A DNA stretch of 64,000 nucleotides, taken from assembly GCA_041390625.1 (NCBI GenBank), contig JAWKPM010000006.1:69131-133130 (forward strand), written 5' to 3'. Numbering within the stretch: the stretch's first letter is position 1; every line of letters begins with the position of its first letter. The translations under genes were made by a program, and so were the position numbers. The DNA is from Dehalococcoidia bacterium (GTDB lineage: Bacteria > Chloroflexota > Dehalococcoidia > UBA2979). This document shows positions 1 through 10,679 of the stretch, piece after piece. The notes under the pieces are model-generated. The model had not been told where the DNA came from and ran no database searches. It was given only the letters and a program-made list of their open reading frames with translations.

Positions 1-2
1 GC

Positions 3-1646
<1,644 letters not shown>

Positions 1647-1674
1647 TCCTCGACTGGTTCGAGCGGAATCATGC

Positions 1675-1711
1675 GAAGCCCCGGCCATCGGCCGGGGCTT
1701 CGTTCGTTTCG
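1675..1711 (+). terminator. Rho-independent terminator downstream of rpoC
   Basis: Perfect 12-bp GC-rich stem gaagccccggcc / ggccggggcttc with a 3-nt loop, followed by gttcgtttcg, 29 nt after the rpoC stop. Confidence 0.6.
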
Positions 1712-1810
1712 AGCGTCATTGGCGCGCCCTCGGATGGTGGCGGCTCGATACGATCGGTGCATTCGACCTCGATGCGGCTCGAATCTAGTCGTGCGACATA
1801 AGGACTGGCG

Positions 1811-3100
1811 ATGACGAACGAGACGGGAAGCGCTGCGGTGGGGATGAGCGACGGGGACCTGACCCTCGACAACGCGATGCGTCAGTTCCATCGGGCGGCG
1901 GACCGGCTGCGCCTGAGCGACAAGCACCGCGAGATCCTGACGTCGTTCAAGACCGTCTTCGAGACCGAGTTCCCGGTGGAGTTCGACGACGGATCGTTCC
2001 GCGTGTTCAAGGGCTACCGCGTGCTGCACAACGGCGCGCGGGGGCCGACGAAGGGTGGCATCCGCTATGCGCCGATGGTCTCGCTGGGCGAGGTGAAGGC
2101 GCTGGCGATGTGGATGACGTGGAAGTGCGCGGTCATCGACCTGCCGTTCGGAGGGGCGAAGGGCGGCGTGGTCGTCGATCCTCGGGAGCTGTCGCCGAGC
2201 GAGCTGCAGAACCTGACGCGGCGCTACGCGTCCGAGATCAACCCGATCATTGGGCCGGACCGTGACATCCCGGCGCCGGACCTGGGGACGAACCCGCAGG
2301 TGATGGCCTGGATCATGGACACGTACTCGATCGGGCAGGGGTACACCGTGCCGAGCGTGGTGACGGGCAAGCCGATCGCCATCGGTGGGTCCGAGGGGCG
2401 CTTCGAGGCGACGGGGCGGGGGCTGGTCTACGTCCTCGCGCAGCACCTGTCGGAGAGCGGGGGCATCGCGGGGCGCACGGCCTCGGTGCAAGGGTTCGGC
2501 AACGTGGGCGGCGTGACGGCACGGCTGCTGCAGGAGGCGGGCGCACGGGTGCAGTACGTGTGCGACCAGTACGTGGGGATCCACGACCCGGCAGGCATCG
2601 ACTGCATGGCGCTGTGGACGCACGTGCAGGACGGCGGCGGGTTGAGCGACTGGACCGGGCCGGGCGAGCGCATCCCCTCGGAGGACGTGCTGTACGCGGA
2701 CGTCGACGTCCTCGTGCCGGCGGCCGTCGAGGGCGTGATCACGGCTGCGAACGTCGATCGCGTCCAGGCGAGTCTCATCATCGAGGGCGCGAACGGACCG
2801 CTGTCGCCCGAGGCGGACGAGGAGCTGGCGGCGCGCGGGGTGACGGTGATCCCGGACATCCTCGCGAACGCGGGCGGCGTGACGGCCTCGTACTTCGAGT
2901 GGGTGCAGTCGCGCGACTTCCGTCGATGGACCATCGACGAGGTGAATCCGCTGCTGGCGCGGTACATGACGGATGGCTACACGGCGGTGGCGCGCCGCGC
3001 GCACGCGGGCGGCGAAATCTGCACGCTGCGGGACGCCTCGCAGTGGATCGGCATCGAGCGGGTGATCGAGGCGATGGAGCTGCGGGGCATCTTCCCGTGA
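1811..3100 (+). CDS. gdhA: Glutamate dehydrogenase (Glu/Leu/Phe/Val dehydrogenase family)
   Basis: KGGIRYAPMVSLGEVKALAMWMTWKCAVIDLPFGGAKGGV, the catalytic Lys/Gly-rich GDH signature. 429 aa. NAD(P)-binding GFGNVGG is present. Confidence 0.9.
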   Translation: MTNETGSAAVGMSDGDLTLDNAMRQFHRAADRLRLSDKHREILTSFKTVFETEFPVEFDDGSFRVFKGYRVLHNGARGPTKGGIRYAPMVSLGEVKALAMWMTWKCAVIDLPFGGAKGGVVVDPRELSPSELQNLTRRYASEINPIIGPDRDIPAPDLGTNPQVMAWIMDTYSIGQGYTVPSVVTGKPIAIGGSEGRFEATGRGLVYVLAQHLSESGGIAGRTASVQGFGNVGGVTARLLQEAGARVQYVCDQYVGIHDPAGIDCMALWTHVQDGGGLSDWTGPGERIPSEDVLYADVDVLVPAAVEGVITAANVDRVQASLIIEGANGPLSPEADEELAARGVTVIPDILANAGGVTASYFEWVQSRDFRRWTIDEVNPLLARYMTDGYTAVARRAHAGGEICTLRDASQWIGIERVIEAMELRGIFP

Positions 3101-3705
3101 CGCTGCCGCCGGTCGAGCCGCCCGGCGGCGTTCGCATCATCGACCTCGAGGCGTCGAACGAGGGGCTCGTGGGGGAAGTGGCGCAGCTGCTCCTCGATGG
3201 GTTTCGCGTGCACTCGCCGGGGTGGTTCGACGGCCTCGATGATGCGCTCGACGAGGTGCACGAGTCGTTCGACGAGGACCGCATCAGCCGGGTCGCCGTC
3301 GACGCCTCGGGGAGCGCGGTCGGGTTCATCGGCGGGATCAAGCAGTACGACGGGCTGACGTGGGAGCTGCACCCGCTGGTGGTGCGGGAGGACGCGCGGT
3401 TGCGCGGCCTCGGACGGGCGCTCGTGCGGGACCTCGAGCTGCGGGTGGTGGCGCGCGGCGGCGAGAGCATGTGGCTGGGCACGGACGACGAGGACGGCCG
3501 CACCTCGCTGAGCGCGGTCGACCTCTACGACGACCCGCTGGGGCACCTCGGGCGCATCGAGAACCCGGGGTGGCATCCATTCGAGTTCTATCAGCGGGTG
3601 GGGTACTCGATCGTGGGGGTGCTGCCGGACGCGAACGGGCCGGGGCGGCCCGACATCTTCCTCGCGCGGCGGCTGGTGCCTCGGGAGGCCTCGAAGGCGC
3701 CGTAA
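3097..3705 (+). CDS. GNAT-family N-acetyltransferase
   Basis: GTG start overlaps the gdh stop (GTGA). About 200 aa. LRGLGRALVRDLE matches the acetyl-CoA-binding R-x-x-G-x-G/A motif of the GNAT fold. Confidence 0.75.
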   Translation: MTLPPVEPPGGVRIIDLEASNEGLVGEVAQLLLDGFRVHSPGWFDGLDDALDEVHESFDEDRISRVAVDASGSAVGFIGGIKQYDGLTWELHPLVVREDARLRGLGRALVRDLELRVVARGGESMWLGTDDEDGRTSLSAVDLYDDPLGHLGRIENPGWHPFEFYQRVGYSIVGVLPDANGPGRPDIFLARRLVPREASKAP

Positions 3706-3721
3706 CATCTCGCAGCAGGGG

Positions 3722-3812
3722 CGCCCCTTGGGGGCGGCGTCCCGCCCGCCCGCCCCTTCTGGCAGCGAGGGGCTTCGCCCCTCGCGCTCCCCGCTTCCGC
3801 GAGAGGCTCCCC
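3722..3812. repeat. Intergenic palindromic repeat element, copy A
   Basis: Contains ccccttgggggcgg...cccgcccgcccc...gcgaggggcttcgcccctcgcgctcccc. It shares a roughly 60-80 bp core with the copies at 5873, 32822, 50044 and 63091. Located directly 3' of the GNAT stop. Confidence 0.6.
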
Positions 3813-3928
3813 GCGTCGTTGGGGACACGAAGTGGGTGCAAGCATCCGACGAGGGTTCCTCGGGTGCGACACAGGACGGCGGCCCATCGCGAGTCCGCGT
3901 GTCGACGGCGTGTACCTCGGGCGGCGGG

Positions 3929-4192
3929 CTAGCGGAGGGAGTCGTTCCTCGAGAGCCAGCCGAGCTGGCGCATGCGGGCATGGTCGCGGGCGTGGCGGAC
4001 GGCGCTGCGGAAGTCCTCGCCGCACTCGGCGCAGTGGAGGAGCGGGCCGACGCGGTCCTCGTCTGTGACGGGGTGCAGGCGCGCGCGCTCAGCGGCTTCG
4101 GTGGGATCGACCTCGATGGTGGCACGCGGGTGCTCGCAGTCCCAGTAGCAGCCGAAGGCGCAGAAGGTCCGCTCGGAGCGCTCGTCGCTCAT
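3929..4192 (-). CDS. Small Cys/His-rich protein, possible zinc-ribbon. Translationally coupled to the upstream nucleotidyltransferase.
   Basis: Its ATG overlaps the stop of the 4189..4965 gene (ATGA). 87 aa: MSDERSERTFCAFGCYWDCEH...HCAECGED, with paired Cys motifs. Codon usage matches the host. Confidence 0.45.
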   Translation of the reverse strand: MSDERSERTFCAFGCYWDCEHPRATIEVDPTEAAERARLHPVTDEDRVGPLLHCAECGEDFRSAVRHARDHARMRQLGWLSRNDSLR

Positions 4193-4965
4193 TCGAGGAG
4201 TCCCATCGCGGCCTCGATGGCTGGGTCGACGACGGCGCGCTGACGGTCGTCCAGCAGGCGACGGACGGCGCCTGCGGCGAGGACGTAGAGGCGCAGGGCG
4301 GCGCGCGTCTGGGCCTCGAAGTCCTCGTTCGTTGTGCCGAGCGCACAGGCCTGGGTGCTCGCCCACGGCTCGCCGATGGTCCCGGCGACGGCGGCCCAGA
4401 GGCCGTTCTCGCTGTCGTAGAGCAGGCGGTGGTGGACGCTCATGATCCAGGGGAGGCGGAGAGCGAGGACGGAGCGCTGCACGGCCTCGGTGGCGGGCCA
4501 GCCGCGGGCGCGGGCGTTGAGGAGCTTCTGTACCTCCTCGGCGTATCCGGTGATCTGCTCGGCGACCCAGTCGTTGCAGATGGCCTCGCGGGCGTCGGTC
4601 CAGCGCCAGTTGGCCGCGACGCCTCGGAGGGCGTTCGCGATGCCGTCGGGGTCGGCGAGGATGACGGCGTTCCGCCAGCCGGGCACGGCGGCGCCGAGGA
4701 CGGCGGGGTCATCGAAGGATGCCCTGGTGCGTTCGGCGTAGCCCCAGCTGACGGAGACAAGCACCCCGTCGCGCCGCGAGAGGCGGTAGCCGGGGCCGCG
4801 CCCCTCCCCGTCGGCGATCACGCCGAGGTCGAGGTCGGAGTAGGGGCCGGCGTCGCCTCGCGCGTGGCTGCCGGCGAGCCAGACGGCGAGGGCGCCGGGC
4901 TCGCGCATGAGCTCGCCGGCTATGGCGCGGGCGAGGTCGAGTGCCGCCTCGTGAGTCGTGCTCAT
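4189..4965 (-). CDS. Pol-beta-superfamily nucleotidyltransferase domain protein, ANT/KNTase-like
   Basis: GSHARGDAGPYSDLDLGV fits the hG[GS]x9-13Dh[DE]h nucleotidyltransferase motif. 258 aa with a helical C-terminal half. Confidence 0.65.
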   Translation of the reverse strand: MSTTHEAALDLARAIAGELMREPGALAVWLAGSHARGDAGPYSDLDLGVIADGEGRGPGYRLSRRDGVLVSVSWGYAERTRASFDDPAVLGAAVPGWRNAVILADPDGIANALRGVAANWRWTDAREAICNDWVAEQITGYAEEVQKLLNARARGWPATEAVQRSVLALRLPWIMSVHHRLLYDSENGLWAAVAGTIGEPWASTQACALGTTNEDFEAQTRAALRLYVLAAGAVRRLLDDRQRAVVDPAIEAAMGLLE

Positions 4966-5075
4966 GGCGGCAGTATGGCAGACGCACGGCGCGGCCGAGG
5001 GTCCCCTCCTCGATGGCGGTTCGGCCCTCGGACGGGCGCGGCTTGGCGACGAGACTGGAGGCTCGCAATCGCACC

Positions 5076-5828
5076 ATGAAGCAGTTGGAACGAGGAGTCA
5101 TGACGACACCCAAGCACCGCCAGTGGCTCGGAGTCACGACGTTGCTGGCTGCCACGGCGGCCATTGCCGCATTCGCCGCGGTCTTCGGATGGCCGGGGCT
5201 CGCCTCGGCGCAGTCACCGGGCCCCGGAGCGGGCGGTCCTCGCGTGGGCGGCGGCGTCCACGGCGACGCGCCCACGCCCGGCGGGATCGGCCTGATGGTG
5301 ACCACTCGCGACCAGGATCGCGACCAGATCATGCTGCAGCTGCAGGACCAGGACTGTGAGCCGCTCACGCTGGCGACGCTCACCGACGGTCGCTGGCACA
5401 TCTACATCCCCGGCGGTCCGGCTCAGCTGCAGAGCGATTTCCCGCAGCAGCTGGCGGCGGACACGCCGTTCTTCGTGCGTTGCCGCGACGCGGCGCCTGC
5501 GGTGGTTCGCGTTGGCGCGGACGACAGCGGCTCGAGCGTGAGCCTCGAGGTGGGTCAGCGGCTTCGGGTGACGCTGGAGTCGAACCCCACGACCGGGTAC
5601 AGCTGGCAGCTCACCGGCGCGCCGGACCCGGCAGTCCTCGAGCAGGTGCTTGGGCCGATCTACATCGGTGGAGCGTCGGACCTCGTGGGGGCCGCCGGGA
5701 CCGAGACGTTCGACTTCCTCGCGGTGGGAGCGGGTACGACCTCGATCTCGCTGGAGTACGCGCGGCCGTTCGAGGCGAACTCGATGACGGATGCGTGGAC
5801 GATCGATGTGACGGTGACGGCGCCCTAG
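5076..5828 (+). CDS. Secreted chagasin-family (I42) cysteine-peptidase inhibitor with an N-terminal extension
   Basis: Signal peptide MTTPKHRQWLGVTTLLAATAAIAAFAAV. The C-terminal domain has the three chagasin loops: NPTTGYSWQ, GAAGTETFDF and YARPFE. The start may be ATG 5076 or ATG 5100. Confidence 0.8.
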   Translation: MKQLERGVMTTPKHRQWLGVTTLLAATAAIAAFAAVFGWPGLASAQSPGPGAGGPRVGGGVHGDAPTPGGIGLMVTTRDQDRDQIMLQLQDQDCEPLTLATLTDGRWHIYIPGGPAQLQSDFPQQLAADTPFFVRCRDAAPAVVRVGADDSGSSVSLEVGQRLRVTLESNPTTGYSWQLTGAPDPAVLEQVLGPIYIGGASDLVGAAGTETFDFLAVGAGTTSISLEYARPFEANSMTDAWTIDVTVTAP

Positions 5829-5872
5829 CGCCTCGATCTGGGTGCGGGCGGCTGTTCGTTCCGGAGGGTGGA

Positions 5873-5951
5873 CGCCCCTTCGGGGCGGCGGCCCGCCCGT
5901 CCAGCCCTCTGGCTCGGGCGCAGCTAGGGGCCTCGCCCCTCGCGATCCCTC
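5873..5951. repeat. Intergenic palindromic repeat element, copy B
   Basis: gccccttcggggcggcggcccgcccgtcc...ggggcctcgcccctcgcgatccc, directly 3' of the chagasin stop. Confidence 0.55.
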
Positions 5952-6014
5952 TTTTAGGAGCTTGAGGGTTCGCTCCGCGCAGCCTCGATGTGCGTTACTC
6001 CTCGGTGAGCCCGC

Positions 6015-7967
6015 CTAGACGAGAGTGACAGGCTCCCAGCGCTTTTCGAGCTGCTCGCGGAGGCGGGCGGCCTTCTCCGGGCCGTGCTTTGCCGTGACGA
6101 GGTCCACGATCTTGTGGCGGCATTCGCCGTTCACGTCCTGGTGGCCGCAGACGTTGCAGGGGAAGCGCTTGCAGTCGAGCGTGACCTCCTCGTTGAGGGT
6201 CTTCATCCACTCGCCTCGGAGGAAGGGCTTCTGCGTCGCGGAGTCGATGTGGTCCCACGGCAGCGCCTCCCAGAGGTCGCGGTCGCGGTGGGCGTAGTCG
6301 GCGGGGTTCAGGCCGTGCTGGTCGAAGGCCTGCTGCCAGATCGACCAGTCGTGACGCTCGGACCAGGCATCGAAGGTGGCGCCGTTGCGCCAGGCGGTCT
6401 CGATGACGTCGGCGACGCGGCGGTCGCCCCTCGAGAGCACGGCCTCGAGGAGGGACTTCTCGGGGTCCTCCCATGTGAACTGGACGCCGGCGCGCTTGCA
6501 GCCGTCGCGCAGGAGGCGGTGGCGGCGTCGCAGCGTCTCGGCGTCGCACTGGGCGAGCCACTGGTAGGGCGTGTGCGCCTTCGGGATGAAGTTCGAGGTG
6601 GAGACGCGCACGCGGGCGCGGCCGCCGATGTGCCTACGGCCGATGGCCTTCACCTCGGAGGCGATGCGCACGATCTCCTCGACGTCGAAGTCGGTCTCGG
6701 TGGGCTGGCCGACCATGAAGTACATCTTGATCGAGGTCCAGCCGTTGGCGAAGGCGTTCTCAGCGGCTGAGAGCAGCTGCTCCTCGGTGATGAGCTTGTT
6801 GATGGTGTTGCGGAGGCGCTGCGAGCCGGCCTCGGGGGCGAGGGTGAGGGTGTGCTTCTTGCCTCGGGCGACGGCGTTCGCGATCTCGACGGAGAACGAG
6901 TCGACGCGGGTCGAAGGGATCGAGATCTTGAGGCCTCGATCGCCGTAGGCGTCCATGAGGGCGTGGACCATGGGCGCGATCTCGGTGTGGTCGGTCGTGG
7001 AGAGCGACATCAGCGAGAGCTCCTGGTAGCCGGTGTTGTCGAGGAGCTCGCCGGCGGCGCGCACGACCTCCTCGACGGAGCGCTCGCGGGTGGGGCGGTA
7101 GATCATCCCGGCCTGGCAGAAGCGGCAGCCCTGGGTGCAGCCGCGCTGGATCTCGATGGTGGCGCGGTCGTGGACGACCTCCATGAAGGGGACGATCGGC
7201 TTCGTGAGGGGCGGGGGCAGCTGCTGGACGACGCGGCGGACGACGCGCGCGGGAGCGGCCTCGTCGATGGGAACGGTCTCGAGGTAGCGCCCGGCCTCGT
7301 CGTAGCGGGCTTCGTACAGCGAGGGGACGTAGACGCCCCAGACGCGGGCGAGGCGGCGGTAGAGCTCGATGCGGGGCTCGCCCGAGGTCTTCCAGTCGCG
7401 GACGGCGTTCGCCACGTCCTCGATGACCTCTTCGCCCTCGCCGCAGACGAACGCGTCGAAGAAGGCGTGCATCGGCTCCGGCTCGAGGGCGGCCGAGCCG
7501 CCGGCGATGACGATGGTGTCGTCGCGGCCTCGGTCGGCGGCGCGGATGGGGATGCCGGCGAGGTCGAGCAGGTTCAGGACGTTGGTGAAGCAGACCTCGT
7601 ACTGGAGCGTGATGCCGAGGATGTCGAAGTCGCTCACAGGGTGGCGCGTCTCGAGGGAGCGCAGCGGCTCGTTGTGCTCTCGGAGCAGCGCCTCGAAGTC
7701 GGTCCAGGGCGAGAAGACGCGCTCGCAGAGCGTGTCGTCCCGCTTGTTGAGGATGTCGTAGAGGATGGCCAGGCCGAGGTTCGACATGCCGAGGTCGTAG
7801 AGGTCGGGGTAGGCGAGCACCACGCGCAGGTCGCGGGCGTCCCAGTCCTTTGCGATCGAGTGGAGCTCGCCGCCGGCGTAGCGGGTGGGCTTCTGAACGC
7901 GGCCAATCAGTCGCTCGTAGATCGACGAGTCGGAGGTCGCGGCCGGTCGTTCGATGGTGGTGGTCAT
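6015..7967 (-). CDS. Radical SAM protein of the TIGR03960-like uncharacterised family, about 650 aa
   Basis: CTQGCRFC (Cx3Cx2C) radical SAM cluster motif. The six-frame ORF runs to 8669, but homology begins at MTTTIERP (ATG at 7967). Confidence 0.8.
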   Translation of the reverse strand: MTTTIERPAATSDSSIYERLIGRVQKPTRYAGGELHSIAKDWDARDLRVVLAYPDLYDLGMSNLGLAILYDILNKRDDTLCERVFSPWTDFEALLREHNEPLRSLETRHPVSDFDILGITLQYEVCFTNVLNLLDLAGIPIRAADRGRDDTIVIAGGSAALEPEPMHAFFDAFVCGEGEEVIEDVANAVRDWKTSGEPRIELYRRLARVWGVYVPSLYEARYDEAGRYLETVPIDEAAPARVVRRVVQQLPPPLTKPIVPFMEVVHDRATIEIQRGCTQGCRFCQAGMIYRPTRERSVEEVVRAAGELLDNTGYQELSLMSLSTTDHTEIAPMVHALMDAYGDRGLKISIPSTRVDSFSVEIANAVARGKKHTLTLAPEAGSQRLRNTINKLITEEQLLSAAENAFANGWTSIKMYFMVGQPTETDFDVEEIVRIASEVKAIGRRHIGGRARVRVSTSNFIPKAHTPYQWLAQCDAETLRRRHRLLRDGCKRAGVQFTWEDPEKSLLEAVLSRGDRRVADVIETAWRNGATFDAWSERHDWSIWQQAFDQHGLNPADYAHRDRDLWEALPWDHIDSATQKPFLRGEWMKTLNEEVTLDCKRFPCNVCGHQDVNGECRHKIVDLVTAKHGPEKAARLREQLEKRWEPVTLV

Positions 7968-8177
7968 CGGAGGGTCCTCACGTGGGGCTGCGGTGTGGCC
8001 GGGCGCGCGACGCGCCTCGGGCCCCGGGAATCGTGGTCCGCATGCTGGGATTCGTGGTTGCTTCGAGTGATCAGGGTACCCATTGGTCCCAAGCCGACGC
8101 CAGCGTTCGGGGTGATTCTCGGTGCTTGCCGGGTGCCGTACGATGAGGACCTCGCGGAGGGTTTGCTGGAGGCATGG

Positions 8178-8258
8178 ATGCGCAAGGCACTTGGGCTCGT
8201 CGTACTGGTCGGCGTCGTCACCGCCGGTGTCGGCATGTGGTGGTGGCGCAAGGCCTAG
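8178..8258 (+). CDS. Candidate 26-aa single-transmembrane micro-protein
   Basis: GGAGG lies 6 nt upstream of the ATG. Translation is MRKALGLVVLVGVVTAGVGMWWWRKA. It is absent from the ORF track because it is short. It sits in the divergent promoter region between the radical SAM and MBL genes. Confidence 0.3.
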   Translation: MRKALGLVVLVGVVTAGVGMWWWRKA

Positions 8259-8358
8259 CCTCGACGGGGTAGCCCCCGCCTCGAGTCTCACTTCTCGGCA
8301 GCGGAATCTGCGATTCGCGACCTCGCCACGCGAGGTGTGACTGTGCCCGGGAGCAGCC

Positions 8359-9156
8359 ATGCATCGAACGAACGTCGGCGACATCGAGATCACCGCGCTG
8401 ATCGACATGGTGCAGGCGTACGGCGCCGCGGGTGTGTACTCCGAGGCCGGTGACGCACTGCAGCAGTACGCCCAGTTCCTCGATGGCGAAGGCAAGGTCA
8501 CGCTCAACTTCGCCTGCTTCCTGCTGCGGGCCGACGGGCGCACCGTCCTCGTGGATGCGGGGAACGGGCCGGAGGCGGACGGGAAGCTCCTCGAGGAGCT
8601 CGAGGCGGCCGGGGTGAGCGCCGGCGACATCGACGCGGTGCTGTTCACGCACCTGCACGGCGACCACACGGGCTGGAACCTCGTGCGGGAGAGTGGGCAA
8701 CCTCGATTCCCGAACGCGCGGTACCTCGTGCCGCAGGGCGACTGGAATCACTACCGCGTGCAGGACCCGCAGCCGAAGTCGTTCGTGCGCGACATGCTGC
8801 CGCTCGATGCCCTCGGGGTGATGGATCTCGTGGCTGGGGAGTACGAGATCACGCCGTCCCTCGTGACGTGGCACACGCCGGGGCACACGCCCGGCCATCT
8901 CTCGGTGGTGGCGAAGTCGGGCGGGGTGGAGGCGTACGTCATCGGGGACGCGCTGCTCACGCCCATCGATGTGGCGGAACCGGACTGGGTGACGACCTGG
9001 GACTGGGACGCCGAGCACGTGCGGGCGACGCGTCGAGCGCTGATCGAGCGCGTCGAGGCCTCGAACGCCCTCGTGGCGGCGTCGCATCTGCCGGTGCCGG
9101 GGCTCGGTCACCTCGCGACCGAGGGCGGGCGACGGGTGTTCCAGCCGCTCGGGTAG
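8359..9156 (+). CDS. MBL-fold metallo-hydrolase
   Basis: THLHGDHTG metal-binding motif. GGGAG RBS 5 nt upstream. 265 aa. Confidence 0.85.
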   Translation: MHRTNVGDIEITALIDMVQAYGAAGVYSEAGDALQQYAQFLDGEGKVTLNFACFLLRADGRTVLVDAGNGPEADGKLLEELEAAGVSAGDIDAVLFTHLHGDHTGWNLVRESGQPRFPNARYLVPQGDWNHYRVQDPQPKSFVRDMLPLDALGVMDLVAGEYEITPSLVTWHTPGHTPGHLSVVAKSGGVEAYVIGDALLTPIDVAEPDWVTTWDWDAEHVRATRRALIERVEASNALVAASHLPVPGLGHLATEGGRRVFQPLG

Positions 9157-9192
9157 GCGGTTGCGGGCCGCGTTTAGGGGCTCGGCACCTCG

Positions 9193-9579
9193 CTAGCCGT
9201 TCGGCGCGCTCTGGGTCCGGTCTCCGGCGCGGAGAACCCCTCGCCTTCGCAGCTCGCGGTAGAAGTCATCGACGTACGTTCCGGAACCGCCCCAGATGCT
9301 CCGTCTGATCTGGAATCGGTACAGCTGCGCATCCGTGCGTAGCCAGAGAACCGGGGGTCTCCATCGCGAGTCCTCGACGTCCACGGAGGCAATGTCCGAG
9401 ATCGGAACGCGAACGACCCTCGGGACTGACCGGCCGGCAACCCAGGCCATCCAGATGAGTGGTCGCCATGTCTGCGTCCAGATGAGGGCGTCCACCGTTA
9501 GCTCGAGCCGTCCGTGTCCTAAGCGTAGCCGGAGCCCCCGGCCGACAACGCCGGCCGCGAACGCGGCCATGTCTGCCAT
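9193..9579 (-). CDS. Hypothetical protein
   Basis: Its start lies 4 nt after the stop of the upstream luciferase-like gene, consistent with an operon. No recognisable motif. Confidence 0.35.
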   Translation of the reverse strand: MADMAAFAAGVVGRGLRLRLGHGRLELTVDALIWTQTWRPLIWMAWVAGRSVPRVVRVPISDIASVDVEDSRWRPPVLWLRTDAQLYRFQIRRSIWGGSGTYVDDFYRELRRRGVLRAGDRTQSAPNG

Positions 9580-9582
9580 CGC

Positions 9583-10578
9583 TTACACCTTGATCATGGC
9601 CTCGAGGGTCTTGCCGACCTCCGCTACGGAGCCGTTGGGCATGTGCAGCATCTGGATGTCGGCGCCGAGAGCGGCGCGCTCCTGGAGCTGCTCGCGCACC
9701 GACTCGATGGGGCCGATCACCTCGATCTCGCGGACCATTTCCTCGGTGATGGCAGCGAAGGAGGCCTCGACGTCGCGGTTGGCCCACGCCTCGCGCGAGG
9801 CGGCGACCTCGGCCTCGAAGCCGTTGCGGGTGAGCATCTGCCAGTAGAAGACGCCCATGCGGTTGATGTAGTACTGCAGCGGCTGGCGGGCGGCGCGCCA
9901 TTCGGCCTCGTCGTTCGTGCCGTCGAGGATGTGCACGTGCGTTTGCACTGCAATTGTCAGGTTTGAGGGGTCGCGGCCGACGGCCGTCGCGCCCTCGATG
10001 AGCTGGTCTTTGAGGTCCTTGAAGTGCTGGCGCGGCCAGTGGATCGGGATGATGCCATCGGCGATCTCGCCGGTCTGGCGAATCGACTTCGGGGTGATGG
10101 CGGCGATGTAGACGGGGATGTGGTTCCTCGGGCGGTCGTAGGGGAGCTTGAAGTCGCGGCTCATCTGGAAGATCTCGCCCTGGTAGTTCAGGGGCTCACC
10201 GCTGATCAGGGTGTTGAAGATCTCGACGTACTCGCGGAGGCGGCGCAGCGGCTTCTCGAATTTCATTCCGTGGAAGTGCTCGATCACGAAGGCGCCGGAC
10301 GAGCCGAGGCCGAGGATCGCGCGGCCGCCCGAGATCTGGTCGATTGCGGCGAACTCCTGCGCCAGCGCAGCGGGCGTCCGGGAGAAGCAGTTCAGGATTG
10401 ACGAGCCGATCTCGATCTTCGAGGTGTTCGCGGCGAGCACGGAGAGCCACGGGACGGGCGAGAGCGACCAGGCCTCGGTGCCGACGACGCGCTCATAGCC
10501 AAGGTCCTCGGCGATGCGCACCTTCTCGAGGGTCTCGCGCCAGTCCTCACCCATGCCTGCAATCAGTCCGAGTCGCAT
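9583..10578 (-). CDS. Luciferase-like monooxygenase (LLM) class, F420-dependent oxidoreductase-like
   Basis: 331 aa. TIM-barrel LLM features GLGSSGAFVIEHFHG and IPVYIAAITPKSI are typical of F420-dependent LLM oxidoreductases. Confidence 0.85.
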   Translation of the reverse strand: MRLGLIAGMGEDWRETLEKVRIAEDLGYERVVGTEAWSLSPVPWLSVLAANTSKIEIGSSILNCFSRTPAALAQEFAAIDQISGGRAILGLGSSGAFVIEHFHGMKFEKPLRRLREYVEIFNTLISGEPLNYQGEIFQMSRDFKLPYDRPRNHIPVYIAAITPKSIRQTGEIADGIIPIHWPRQHFKDLKDQLIEGATAVGRDPSNLTIAVQTHVHILDGTNDEAEWRAARQPLQYYINRMGVFYWQMLTRNGFEAEVAASREAWANRDVEASFAAITEEMVREIEVIGPIESVREQLQERAALGADIQMLHMPNGSVAEVGKTLEAMIKV

Positions 10579-10679
10579 CGTGTCTCCTTCGCGTCAGGTT
10601 CGGGGCGCATCGTAGCCGGTGTGGACGCTCGGCACTTGCCCGGCCGGGCGTCGCGTCGGATGCTGGGATCGCTCCAACC

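Noticed and set aside
6852-8258. 468-aa plus-strand ORF antisense to the radical SAM gene
   Set aside because: Antisense to a well-supported gene. The translation is low-complexity (G/A/D/V-rich). Only its last 26 codons (8178-8258, with their own RBS) are kept as a possible micro-protein.
7968-8669. N-terminal 234-aa extension of the radical SAM ORF in the six-frame track
   Set aside because: Homology starts at MTTTIERP (ATG 7967). The extension is Ser/Pro/Arg-rich noise.
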